From assembly GCA_965235115.1 (NCBI GenBank), contig OZ249436.1, forward strand, positions 58,838,001-58,902,000: DNA of 64,000 nucleotides, written 5' to 3'. This document shows positions 1-12,226 of this stretch, in pieces. The stretch comes from Laetmonice hystrix (taxonomy: Eukaryota). Position numbers and translations under genes: made by a program. The notes under the pieces were generated by a model. That model saw only the letters and a list, made by a program, of their open reading frames with translations. It was not told the origin of the DNA and searched no databases. Each line of letters starts with the position of its first letter. Position 1 is the first letter of the stretch.

Positions 1-1324
1 TGCCAGTGGGTCAGGTTAAAGTGGCACCCCAAATACTCAAATTTCTCAAATACTTACCTTTGAATCCCAGTGACACCATGGTAAAATTTCAGGTTCGAGT
101 GATACGAAAAAGTATTTTACAAATGGGGTTGTATTAGGGCCCCGAGTTACCGTTCGGTCCGACCGCTATTTTCTGAAGCCATCGCGAGCTGGGAGCTAGC
201 GGTAATCTATTAGATTATGTCCAAATATGGCAGCGGAATCAGAGTGGCAGCCAGGAGGACAGTAGGTACATATCTTTTCATTCCATTCTCCACACCTTCA
301 CGATCCTTCACGATATCGACCCTGGGGTCTCAAACAACATTTTTTATGTCTGTTTGGTCACATGTAACAAAGGTGTAGCGCCTTGTTTACCGAACACGAC
401 CACACACTGGTGAAGAGGGAGTGAGAAGCACGGACACTGTCTAACTATTACTACCCGGCAGGTGATACCTCCAACCATTCTCATCTTGGCCTTACGATCC
501 TGTATAATGACGGATGAGTGGTCAGAGGCAGGTCACGTGACCGACATGGCTGACATGAAGCGGGGTTAGGGTCAGTGCAGGAACTTCGGGCACTGATAGA
601 CTTTGGTGTTGGGAGGAGGTCGGCCTATTGAGAGGTGAAGATACCCACATTGACGATGGGACGTTTAGGGGCGAAGCTAGCGACAAGGCGGCCGGCCAAT
701 GGCGGGGTGATGGCTTCATTGCTCCGTTGTGACTCAGGCCAAACAATGGCCTGAGCGGGTGGAGCGAGCCTTGGTGGAGCCTTATCGTCCGCCTCCACCT
801 GTCCCGGCCATCCCACATACTCACACACCCTGTCGCTACTCTCTTGATCCACACACATAAATATGTGTCCGCATACAAATCTGTGGTGCTCTCTGCAGGA
901 CCGCGGCTACCCCTGTATTTCATTCACATGAGGCTTAAGGGGATTGGGCCAACATGCAGGCCTGCCAATTTATGCTCCCTCCCAGACTCCATCCAATAGA
1001 TCAACCAAACCTTCATGTCCATGACTTTTTTTCTTTGCAGAGAAATTAATTTGCAGAAAATCCTCAGAAGGTGGGGATTATTAGTGTGGAGGGTGGGTGA
1101 TTCATCATGGGGGTGATCGGTTCCCATAGTGGTCTAAACGCTCAGCGTATCCAATGTAAGCAGCACCCAGTGTCCACATTTCAATAGACCACCAGGTGCT
1201 CCGCCAATGGATGTGGGCGACTTAGGAAAAGACATTGTTTTTAACAAGTATCCATGTTCACTTTCCATTGTCACAAACTTTTCCAATACCACAGCGGATA
1301 CATCACGGATGCTATCTGAACTAT

Positions 1325-1425
1325 CTGCACTCTCCAGTTCGTATATCATGGAGTTCTTTCATGGAATGCTAAATGCGAATCAGCTATAAGAAAGCACGCC
1401 AGGATATACGAACTGGAGAGTGCAG
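1325..1425. repeat. Fold-back element with a perfect 23-bp inverted repeat
   Basis: CTGCACTCTCCAGTTCGTATATC (1325-1347) is the exact reverse complement of GATATACGAACTGGAGAGTGCAG (1403-1425). The interior pairs further (TGG/CCA, CTTTC/GAAAG). No target-site duplication seen. Confidence 0.9.
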
Positions 1426-1796
1426 CTTGCAGGCTCTAAAAGCGTAGAGAACGTATAGAGCAGTAGAGAACTTGAGAGGAGGGCCACAGGTGATGTTCCG
1501 GGATTGGTTACCGCTACCTCACGCGCATGGTTTGGAGATTGAGGTGAGAAAACAGAGCCCTTTACACCGCCACCTCACCTCTCTTCTAATCAATAATACA
1601 TACTGTTAGCAACTCGGCAAAACTAATCTGCAAAGGCTAGTGTCTGTAAATGTCAATCAGCTCTTACATCTGCCTAAACAGGATATAACAACGGAAAAAC
1701 TAGACATCTGCCTTTCCTTTGACTGTACGTCACATAACGAATACAAAGCTTTGTTGTAGTTTTCACACCGCCTTGAACATGTACTAGGGCAAAGAT

Positions 1797-2200
1797 TCAA
1801 ACAGTACGAAACTGCATATTGTTTAGGCCGAGAGGGTGGGACCTAAAATACTTAATCAAAATAATATACCGACCATACAAAACGTATGAATAGCCCTGTA
1901 TCATACATTGGGGGAAGGCATGCATGGCGTCATGCACGCAGTCAATGATATGTAGATATACTCGTACCAATAGGGTCAGTTTTCCCAATTCAGAAACCAA
2001 CCGCGATTTGTCAATGCAAAGAGGAAGCCAATTTCGACCTAACCAATCATCTACCCGGTTAGAAGCTGGAAATGTTGGCAAGGCCGGTTCGCACTGTCCA
2101 CGAACATGACCAGTTCATTGGTGAAATGAAAGAATCCAGCATTTACTGCACGGTTGACAAACCTGCCGATGGAAAAATCGTTGGCCTCACACTTGGCTAC
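1797..2200 (-). mobile_element. Decayed LINE (CR1/L2-like) reverse transcriptase fragment
   Basis: Minus-strand translations give VMFVDS (resembles MFADD) followed by VDDWLGRNWLPLCIDKS (resembles WxxxNxLxLNxxKT), in the expected order, with frameshifts and stops. Motif recognition by eye; boundaries approximate. Confidence 0.45.
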
Positions 2201-3714
2201 ACCAGATGATCCCAGCATACAGTGGTAGATTATTGCACTTTGACTAGCCTTTATGGGAGGGTAACATCACTAAGAATGAATGCGACCGCTGTCGGCAAGT
2301 CTGGCCTTTGCGTAATGGACTTGGCCCTGGTTCTGTACGCTGGAGGGAGGGAGGCCCAGAGGACAGCTAGTGGAAGGGGAAGGACTTCAGCGTGGGGACG
2401 TGAACTCTGATCTAGGGATCATGTACGGCCGGCCTGGCACCTCTACAGACTAGAGATATTTAAAACGTAATTGGGATAAATTACACGCATGGAGCGTTCC
2501 ATTGATGAGTCGAGGCGCGTGTACCCTTCCTGGAGAAGGTCCTGTGGGAAGGCTACCTAAGAGGGCGCTATAGACCATACCAGGACATGGTTTGTTCACT
2601 GACATTCTATACAAGCGGGAAGAGGCTGTTCCGAACTCTTGACCAAACCTATTGTCAACTGCGGGATGGCCATCCTCCTCAACTACAACAAAAGAAAGAG
2701 GAAGTAAAGAAAACCGAAAAAAGGCGTCACCCTCGAACGGCTAACATTCATTTAGTCCTGGTTATGCGAAGAATGCCCTAATTAAAACACACTTAGCTTT
2801 CACGTCAGCCGCTCATCCTGTCTTTGGAAAATCCTGAATGTCTACGAGACGATATCAAAGATAGTACGCAGTATCCTTGCCGACATCCCGAGGGCTTTCA
2901 ACCAGTTCACTGCTGTTGTCCGATGACTTTGATAAAGACTACTAGTTTGTAGTCCAGCCCTGCCAGCGGTCAATTACAATCTCCTCTGATAACTTTAATG
3001 AAGGCTACATGATTGCCTCCAGGCTTTGTCATCAGTTACCTGTCTCGCTGTCCTCTGATTATATTACTAAAGGCTCATGTGTCTCATTAGATAATATTAC
3101 AAATATAATCACAAATTTACGCACGTTTGCCAGGTGGAGTTTAAGAAAGGATACATCATAATCGCGAACCCCAACAGGACCTGCAGGTCAAGCACGTAAA
3201 GAGAAGGCGAATTTCTTCTGTCTTTTTTCCTGTGGGAGCACTCCTCCGATCTCGTAGCATAGTTTTTTTGCTAGCTACACTCCTCATGGCGAATATAGAT
3301 CTCCAGGAAATGTCCGCTTGCATTTCTTTGGACGTCGGTGGTAGATAAACAAAGGGCAGTATTACAGAGCTTCTACCAATAGTTTGACCATGCTACTCAC
3401 ACCTTAAATTGCATATTAAATGATTCTCAAGACAGCCTGATGCACATGTGACTACAATGTGGACAGGGTCCCCTCGCAATTGTTCTGTGTGATTTTCATA
3501 ATATCTGTTTACTTTCACGAAAACAAATCTTACAGTCACAGCATGTTTCTAAAAATTTAGTTTTGTTGAATAGAGTGGGTGAATACGTAAGACCTTTATA
3601 CTTCAAGACTTAATTTCACCGGAAATTGGTTTATATCTTAGGGACAGGTTGGGTGGTGCCATGCACACCGTTTCTGTGATCATAGAACAGGTTCACTTTG
3701 ATTGAGAAATATTT

Positions 3715-3789
3715 TGACACGTATTGTATCGTTTGTAAAGTATCATGACACGTATCATATCGTTTCACAAGTGTATCGTTTCAGCCCTA
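3715..3789. mobile_element. Isolated right end of a hAT-like non-autonomous DNA transposon
   Basis: Ends in GTATCGTTTCAGCCCTA (reverse complement TAGGGCTGAAACGATAC, resembling hAT-type TAGGG termini), preceded by repeated subterminal TATCGTTT motifs. No matching left end found. Confidence 0.45.
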
Positions 3790-4536
3790 GTTGAATCTGT
3801 CTCAGTAAATCCAAGTCTTCATGTCTCAGTAACAAAAAACAATCTCAGCACGCTTCTATCCCATTTATTTTTGTCTCCGAGAAATTAATTTGATATTACT
3901 CGAGACATCAAACTACGATCAGTTATATTCACACTTCTGGTCTTTCCTTAACTAATAGCCACAAGGAATTGGTTGTGGCTTTAATAAAGACACTTTGAAC
4001 AGACAGGAACTATTTTCATCCCCTAGAGAAATAGGGCATTCCTTGTAGCCTCATCCTACCCCATTCATTCCTCATCCTTCTCCTAATTCCTCTAAATGGC
4101 ATAGATTAGAGAGAATTTGTCTCCCTTCACTTAAGTGTGCCAAACTTGGTTTTCAATATATTACATTGATGTTGGCATTGTCTGGGGGCGAGAGGAATGA
4201 TGTACGGTTGGGTGTGATTCGACCCGCTGGGCGTGGATCAATCAGTGGAGTTACTCGAAACACAATGACCCGCCTCTAAAAGAGCTTCCGTGAGCAGACA
4301 CATTGTCCACCAGGTGGTTCTGAGTTCCTGACGGCCAAGCAAACAGCGGGACATTACATACTGGCCCAGACTGGTCGCTCGGTGGAATCACGACAGGAAA
4401 CCTCACTGCCTTTCAGTCCGGCACGGACAACGTATTGTAGCAGACCTAGCACAGAGAATGCTTCTGCATGAGCAGATGGTGTGGTTGATGCTGTTCTTGC
4501 TGCTTCTGTTACTGCTGTTCCTGCTGCTGTTGTACT

Positions 4537-5350
4537 GAAACAGTATGCTGAACGACCAGTTGAACACGACACATCTATCGGTTCACTTCCTGCACCATAC
4601 CGACCAAAGTGAAACAGTATGCTGAACGACCAGTTGAACACGACACATCTATCGGTTCACTTCCTGCACCATACCGACCAAAGTGAAACAGTATGCTGAA
4701 CGACCAGTTGAACACGACACATCTATCGGTTCACTTCCTGCACCATACCGACCAAAGTGAAACAGTATGCTGAACGACCAGTTGAACATGACACATCTAT
4801 CGGTTCACTTCCTGCACCATACCGACCAAAGTGAAACAGTATGCTGAACGACCAGTTGAACACGACACATCTATCGGTTCACTTCCTGCACCATACCGAC
4901 CAAAGTGAAACAGTATGCTGAACGACCAGTTGAACACGACACATCTATCGGTTCACTTCCTGCACCATACCGACCAAAGTGAAACAGTATGCTGAACGAC
5001 CAGTTGAACACGACACATCTATGGGTTCACTTCCTGCACCATACCGACCAAAGTGAAACAGTATGCTGAACGACCAGTTGAACACGACACATCTATCGGT
5101 TCACTTCCTGCACCATACCGACCAAAGTGAAACAGTATGCTGAACGACCAGTTGAACACGACACATCTATCGGTTCACTTCCTGCACCATACCGACCAAA
5201 GTGAAACAGTATGCTGAACGACGAGTTGAACACGACACATCTATGGGTTCACTTCCTGCACCATACCGACCAAAGTGAAACAGTATGCTGAAAGACCAGT
5301 TAAACACGACACATCTATCGGTTCACTTCCTGCACCATACCGACCAAAGT
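4537..5350. repeat. 74-bp tandem array, 11 copies
   Basis: Unit GAAACAGTATGCTGAACGACCAGTTGAACACGACACATCTATCGGTTCACTTCCTGCACCATACCGACCAAAGT starts at 4537, 4611, 4685, 4759 and so on. Each copy has 0-2 substitutions and there are no spacers. Confidence 0.97.
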
Positions 5351-8300
5351 GACGAGGCTTGTCCGTTCTCATTTCCATTGATCAAGTTCCTCTCTTGAAT
5401 TTCATATACAACTTAAAGTTGGTGAAAGGTATAATTAGTTCTCACATATTAGCAATTCTTATCGAGGGAACATTTTCAGCGGATATTCCATTTTGCCATT
5501 CTACCACATTATGACCAAGCAAGAATTAAATAAGAACATATCATGTTACTACCGTCGAATAAAACTAAGGCTCCTAAAATAACTCCCTTCCTCTCACCTA
5601 ATTTGAGCTCTAACTAGCTCTCAATGTTGGTCACACTGCTCCTGTCAACTTCTATTTCTAGCGGTTCTGGATATATATAACGGTAGGTCAAAAATATATC
5701 TCGGATAAACTACTTGCCAAGACACACGGCATGATGATGGACGCCTAATATTCAGTATACAATGTAATTACTTAGAGCAAGATACGGAAGTTCAGTTGTC
5801 CAAATCAACCCAAAAATCCGCTCAATGGATCTCTTTAAGAGTATAAGCATATCAACTCACTCTGGCCAAAATTACTTGCTGAAAGCTATTAAACATTTTT
5901 TATATTATATAACATCCGATTTAGAAAATATTGTTAGAGTGGCTCTCTTTCGGCTTATGAGACCCAAGAGAATCCACATCACCAGTCCCTGTAAACAAAG
6001 ACAAATATTTAATCTCCTTAATAAAAATAGCCAAACATTTTAATTAAACTTTTCTTACAGGAACACACATCCAAGGACTCGAACTTGCGGATACATGTGT
6101 CAATTCTCCTACTGCGCATCTCTTTATAATCAGATTTTTCCTCTTGAAAAGGTATTAAATATTTTTTATGTACATCCTATTTTCTAATATAAAATACGTC
6201 TCAGGGATATTAGCTGTCAGGGCATCAACTAGAAACATCCTTGAAATAGGTATTGTAGATTGAGGTGTATTGGATACTGGTCTGGGGTATAGATAGCGAG
6301 TAGAGGAGATTGATGGAGGGGCATGACTGGGAGACATGTAGTCTATTCATAGTAAGAGTCAGGCTGCGGGCCGCTGGGCCTTCCTTGAGTGGACATGGCT
6401 AGAGAGTTGCTGGAAGTCTGCTTAAAGCATCAAGGCCAGTGACACAACCTTTCTGCGCCACACAATTGCAGTGAGTGCGCCTTATTACGGACATCCCCAG
6501 GAAGTGCGGGAACCTTGAAGAGCATGGAGCAAGGCCCCTCAACTTTATTACACTTAGACAAGACTGCCCTCAAGAAAGATGCTGGGATTGATATGACCTG
6601 GGCCGCCTCAAGTCCTTCCTGTCCCTGCAGGACTTGACTGTCGTCTGAGCGCCAAGCAATGCCCGTTCTTCTCGTAATGCTGTGTCGTCCTCGCAATTTC
6701 TAGCAATTTTGTGAACCAGCATAGCATGCAGCTGTTTTTGCAGCTGTTTTTGTTTGGCCCCAATGAAAAATTACTTGCGCCTGAGAAGGGAGGAGTCAGT
6801 TATGAAGATTTCGAAGCCTAGTATATAGAGAGAATTATTCGACGACAATAGCAATGAGATAACAATATCGTCGAATGTATCCGAAGAGTACAGGCTGTAA
6901 ACCTAACATGGATTATTGTCGTCCCAGCGATATAGCTATGCAATGCTATAAATCGTACGCTGCCCATGCAGTGAGCCTTGCAGCACACTTGAAACGAACA
7001 CTTGATAATGACTGATGTATACGGCATACATAGCGGTACTTAGGTAGCCACGGCATGTATGCCCGCCTCAGGGACATGAGCCAAGGCGTTGGGTCGGAGC
7101 CTGTGGGGCCTGGGCCCGTGATGGATATAACATTGGACTGACCTTCCACGGACCCTGACCCCGCCGGCTCTGTCAGCTGCATGACATATCATGCTAGTCT
7201 GTTAAACGTAGGAACCCGGGCAGGTAAAGAGACGTGAACCCAGGAAGGTGGGCAGGGCATGCTGGGTTAGTGTTCATCAAAGTGGTGGCATGTTAATTCT
7301 CTTGAGTAGATCTGATGGCGGAGAAAGGATTACACTTGGAATGTCTTTGAGATGATCGATGGACATTTAACAGTTACCATTATAGCTAGGTAGAGATGTG
7401 ATGAAAACAGCAGTCATGTTTTTATCTTACGATAATCACGTTTCTCAAACGAATGGGAATTTTGGTAGTCTAGATGTTGATGAACGAGCTGTACAAAATA
7501 TATGGGTATCGTGCTGAAACACTTTTTACTTTTTCCAGGCATTGACGGTTGAGACAATATAGACATATAGACAATAATCATGATAAATGTAGGGATAACA
7601 TATTCCATCATGATCTGATGTAGTGATCATATCGTAGGGATCTTTCCTACTACATGTACTACCTTCTCTCGGGGAATCCTCTACGTAAGCGAGTAGTTGA
7701 AACCGTTGAAACCTACCAAATAATTGTCCTATTCATGAATAGTAATCCAGAACGAATCCCATCGGTTGGTATTGTGATTTTTAAAATGATAGGTCTGACA
7801 GATTGATTCCAATATCTCAGTACCCAGCCGCTGTCTGGTGTGCTTTGTTTTAACAGTCTACCATACAAACGATCGGCCTCACTGCATGCGCTCTCTCAGC
7901 ACATGTCGGCTGACTGTTGTAAGATCTCTTTAAACTGTCCCTGCCCATCGAACCCACCCATTACCTTGATTTACTACGCTGCTGAAACGCGCTACCATAC
8001 TGGAACGATCAGGCGGACAGATACAAAAGACACTGATGAGAAGTGGCCGTAAAAATCAGCGAGTGAGGAGAGCTAGGTTCACGGCCACCACCCGTATACC
8101 CCCGTCATGATGTGGGTGTGGCCAATAGCACCTTTTATTGCGGTACTGATTCCAAGGGAAGTTCTTGTACCGGGTTTCTTAGGGTGGCCATGTCAGGCCT
8201 GTACGGGGCTGAGGCTGAGTGTCCTTCCAAAATAGCAGGAAGGTGGCAAAGGCTGCAACGTCGGGCAAGCAAAAGAAGGCAGCTGCACTGCAATCGCTTC

Positions 8301-9699
8301 AAACAGTCCTGTCAGCACCCCTCTCGAGTATTCTACCTCCAAAGCCAGGACTAATTCCGGGGTGCCAGCTGGTACTAAAGACAAGATACTTGTCTAATTA
8401 GCAGCAGTAATGTTCTGAGGACAGGCTGTGATGTCTGAGTGGCATCTACAGACCTCATCGTGACGTGAAACCCGGACGGACTCGGCGGAGAACCTTCACC
8501 AACTGCGGCAGCTGTCCGCTCCACACAGACCTGCCGCGGAGCGCTGACTGGAGCAACTTTAAGAAAATTGGTTTGGTCTTTCAAGTGGCTAACCTGAGAA
8601 CTGTAGACCTTTCACCTTTTCAAACTGCAGGCGACTGAAGCAATAGTGAATGCTAGGTGATCATGTACGGTCGGAAACTAGAAGGAATATAAAATCACCC
8701 ATATGGTAAAAAAGAGCGGAGGACAAACAAACCAGAATATAACACTTCAGACAATGTACTGTTACTTACAATATCCGTTACTCGGTTATATTTGCTTGCC
8801 ATACATTCCCGACTCTTGGTTCGATCTTTTGCATTCAAAATGGTCTCGTAAAGATTGACCTGCCCATCGGATCATGGTCAGCATTCAATCAGGTCATTTA
8901 TATTTGCTTTATAAATATTTTAGACGTCAAAACTAATCCCACGTTAAAATAAAATATAAGTCGAGTATAAAATGCCACGCCCTTCGGTCTAATCGTGTAT
9001 GTTCTTCAGCTGGGCGGACCTGACGGTCATTGACCTATAGTGGACCCAGCCAAATGCTTGAGGCCACACGAGATGGCCGACAGGGCAGACAGTGCCTGCC
9101 ATGTGACCATCGTACCAATGTAACCTTCACTCCCCGGGGGGCCTGCCAGGCCAGGCCGCCCTGTGAAACATTTAGTGAAACTTAATTTTGAATCTGGGAG
9201 GGAAGTACCCGCGGGAGGCACGACTGAGGGTTCCATCTCGCAACATACCTGGCTAGGAGCAATTAGTGGGGTGCCTGAGGGACGGGATTCCGTCAGTAAT
9301 GGATGTTCCTTGACACAAAACCATTCTGCGAAAATAAACGATGCTGGAGTATTTCTAGGACACCAGACTTCCTGACAGACCATTTGTAACCTACTATGGC
9401 CAGAATTACCAGACTGGAAAGAAATTAGGCAGATCTTTGAATTGAACTCATAAATCAGCATTTATTACCAGCGTATTCTTTAGACATGTCTGATACCAGA
9501 CTAGTATGCGGCAGAAACAAATTTAAGAGATGCGGTTATCAACTCTGAATTGTTAATGCTGCATTATTGAATGGGACTTTTTTCTGGGTGATTTCCTTGG
9601 TTGTTCTTTTCCCGTAATCCTGGACACACAGTGGCTCCGTGTATTAGGCAGATGGTGATTTCTCAAAGGGTCGACTGGGCTCTCGGGTACAGGACCTCC

Positions 9700-10450
9700 A
9701 GAAGTCATTGGCTGCCCCTTTAATACCACGGCCTCTCTGCAACTCGGCCTCTCTGTCACATGTCCTTGTACTCTAATACATCACATAAATTGGCAGCATC
9801 TGCAAGTAGTTTGACCTCACAGGCAGTTCCCAACAATTGGTTTATCCATAAAAACAGGTGGTCTTGATAGTCTTGCTAACCATGAAGACCTATCTGAACT
9901 ACAATCAAACTGTGCAAGACCAGAGCAGAAGTACCTGGCCATTCGGTCTGACACAGGCCAGAAAAGGTCAACTTTATTGATCTACCCGCCACCATGGCCT
10001 TTACTATAGAAAGACATCCCAAAGAGCTCCTTATTAGAACTTCTGATCATGCACTTACTGAGACATTGTTGAGGAATATCACCATCTGTGCCCATCCATT
10101 GTGAATATAGATTTCCAATATTAGACCCGTCCCTTTTGATTCTCACATCTACAGCTTAAAAGGCCTCGTCCTGTGTGGCTGTATCTGAGAAACGTTTTTC
10201 TATGTGTGTCCTCGGGCTGAGGAAACCTGAAGAGACACTGCATGAAATCAGCGCGGGATTTTGATACAGTGACAATGACAGATCAATTTGAGATAGCTTG
10301 AGTGGGCACAGATGGGGCGAGGATCTCACAACATGGAGACACGGTTGTAAATCGGTACAATACTGAGGACATCAAAACAAAGCACTTCACTCATTTCATG
10401 CTGACCACTATACTAGTAGTCTAAAACAAAAGGCTCGACACGTAATTCTT
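9700..10450 (+). mobile_element. Decayed LINE (CR1/L2-like) reverse transcriptase remnant
   Basis: Degenerate RT motifs in the correct order: QAVPNNWFIHK (GxVPxxW..PIHKK), RPI*TTIKLCK (RPISLTSxxCK), PFDSHIYSLKG..GCI*ETFF (AFDxVxH..WIxxFL), SFHADH (LFADD). Boundaries approximate. Confidence 0.5.
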
Positions 10451-11269
10451 TGATAGATATGCGAAAGTTTAGCGTATAATACACCAATGACTTAAGAATT
10501 CCGGGAAAAGGAATACAAAAAAAACGATCGAAAGTTTACTGATTAAAAAGATAAGTTAAACTCGCTTCCATTAATTTAAGGACACATTTATTGTGTTAGC
10601 ATCTGCTACGCACGCAGTCTCCTCGCTTACAATACTTACATCACTTCCTTAATCCATCTTAATCCATGTTTATGAATCGGCTACAGTTTGGTCCTACTGG
10701 GATTGGACTCTTTAATAGACTTTTGGGTTCCGTCCTTATTTAGAAGTTAGATCATGTTCAGCTAACACATCGTCTTACTCATAAATCTCTCTACATCAGT
10801 CAGGGCCTTTGTTGTCGTCTCTCTGGCCTTTCTTTTCATAAAGGAACGACGTGAATGCATAGTAGCTACAGTCACTTGGCAGTAATAAACAACAATCAGT
10901 TTATATACCACACATCTCGAGGAGACAGCCTTGTGGAGTCAAAGATGGATGAGCTACACAACGACAACCTTCTCGTAGACATGTTTCTTCAGCTCATGTC
11001 AAGTTTACTATCTAAAATCGACGGGCTACTTCCTTCTTTCTTTTCATACCTGTGTGTGCTATCAATCAAGGAATGTTAAAGTGTTAAGTAAAACTGTTGG
11101 GATTGCGGCGGCCAGTGGTGAGATGTTGACTAATTGAGGGTTAACTTCAGTAATCGGCCGTCGGTGCAGACCCCCCGGCTCACTGACAGCACAACGCCAT
11201 TGTTATCTCCGGACACTGCTGTCCCAGCGGGCTGGTTTTGCTGCGTCATCCCCGGAGAAGGGCTATCAA

Positions 11270-11692
11270 TTGAGCCCGGTATGTGACAGACAGGCAGCGG
11301 CCTTTGTGCCGTATACCTCCGGGCCATTCCCTGCAGGGTTGGACACCGGTTGGTCAGACGCACCACACCGAGAAGAGGTTGCGGGGAGGTGCGGGGTCAT
11401 TTCATCCCATGTGAGAGAGTCCACTCCCGTTACCCATCAATTACGTCTTACTGTCTTCCGATGCCCCCACTTTCAGCACCTCTCTCCTCTGGGTCAGACC
11501 TTCATGACCAAAAAAGCCCTCCTTGACCATTTTGTCAGCTCGCATTTGGTCACCTTTCCACGGGGATTGTGGGCTCTTGACAGCTCAATTATCCTAAATG
11601 TCATCATGAAGATTGTCTTAGTCACCGCCTTCACGACTGCCATGTCACTGTCTAATGCTGTCACACCTCTTCCTAATAATTACCCAGTGTGA
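11270..11692 (+). mobile_element. Possible decayed LINE APE-type endonuclease remnant
   Basis: The 140-aa ORF contains HREEVAGRCGVISSHVR (resembles RxDRxxRGGGVxxYVR), LTVFRCP (YRPP) and FPRG..LDS (PTR..LDL). The GDFN motif is not recognisable. Confidence 0.35.
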
Positions 11693-11838
11693 ACCAACTG
11701 TCGTCTGAGTGGAGCAGCAGAGCTTCATGTTGAGACTTAATGGTGGATGACAACGCCGACGCCGACGATCTTTTAGCTACAGCTTTACTCATCATTTCAT
11801 TGTTATAGCTTATGTACCCTCGTTACAATCCCTGTAAA

Positions 11839-12226
11839 GTTCTTTAATAACCTTACCAGGGTATATAGGTTCTTTAATAACCTTACCAGGGTACAGGTTC
11901 TTTAATAACCTTACCAGGGTACAGGTTTTTTAATAACCTTACCAGGGTACAAGTTCTTTAATAACCTTACCGGGGTACAAGTTCTTTAATAACCTTACCA
12001 GGGTACAAGTTCTTTAATAACCTTACCGGGGTACAGGTTCTTTAATAACCTTACCGGGGTACAGGTTCTTTAATAACCTTACCAGGGTACAAGTTCTTTA
12101 ATAACCTTACCAGGGTACCAGTTCTTTAATAACCTTACCGGGGTACAGGTTCTTTAATAACCTTACCAGGGCACAGGTTCTTTAATAACCTTACCATGGC
12201 ACAGGTTCTTTAATAACCTTACCAGG
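11839..12226. repeat. 28-bp minisatellite, about 14 copies
   Basis: Unit GTTCTTTAATAACCTTACCAGGGTACAG with few substitutions; the first unit is 30 bp. Confidence 0.97.

Noticed and set aside
1134-1349. GHWVLL motif suggesting a Ulp1/C48 protease
   Set aside because: A stop follows within a few codons, the other catalytic motifs are missing, and a single short motif is insufficient.
4400-4470. Minus-strand CRSILCARSATIRCPCR resembling a CXC cysteine cluster of transposon proteins
   Set aside because: Flanked by stops, with no associated integrase or transposase motif.
4537-5350. CRISPR-like appearance of this and the other regular arrays (11839, 39825, 44324, 49031)
   Set aside because: Units are contiguous near-identical copies with no unique spacers, there are no cas genes, and the context is eukaryotic.
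6300-8600. GC-richer segment that looks like decayed coding or retroelement sequence (likewise 12240-12800, 34000-34800, 35650-36100, 54800-55600)
   Set aside because: Only isolated, inconsistent motif hints on either strand; I could not assign family or orientation.
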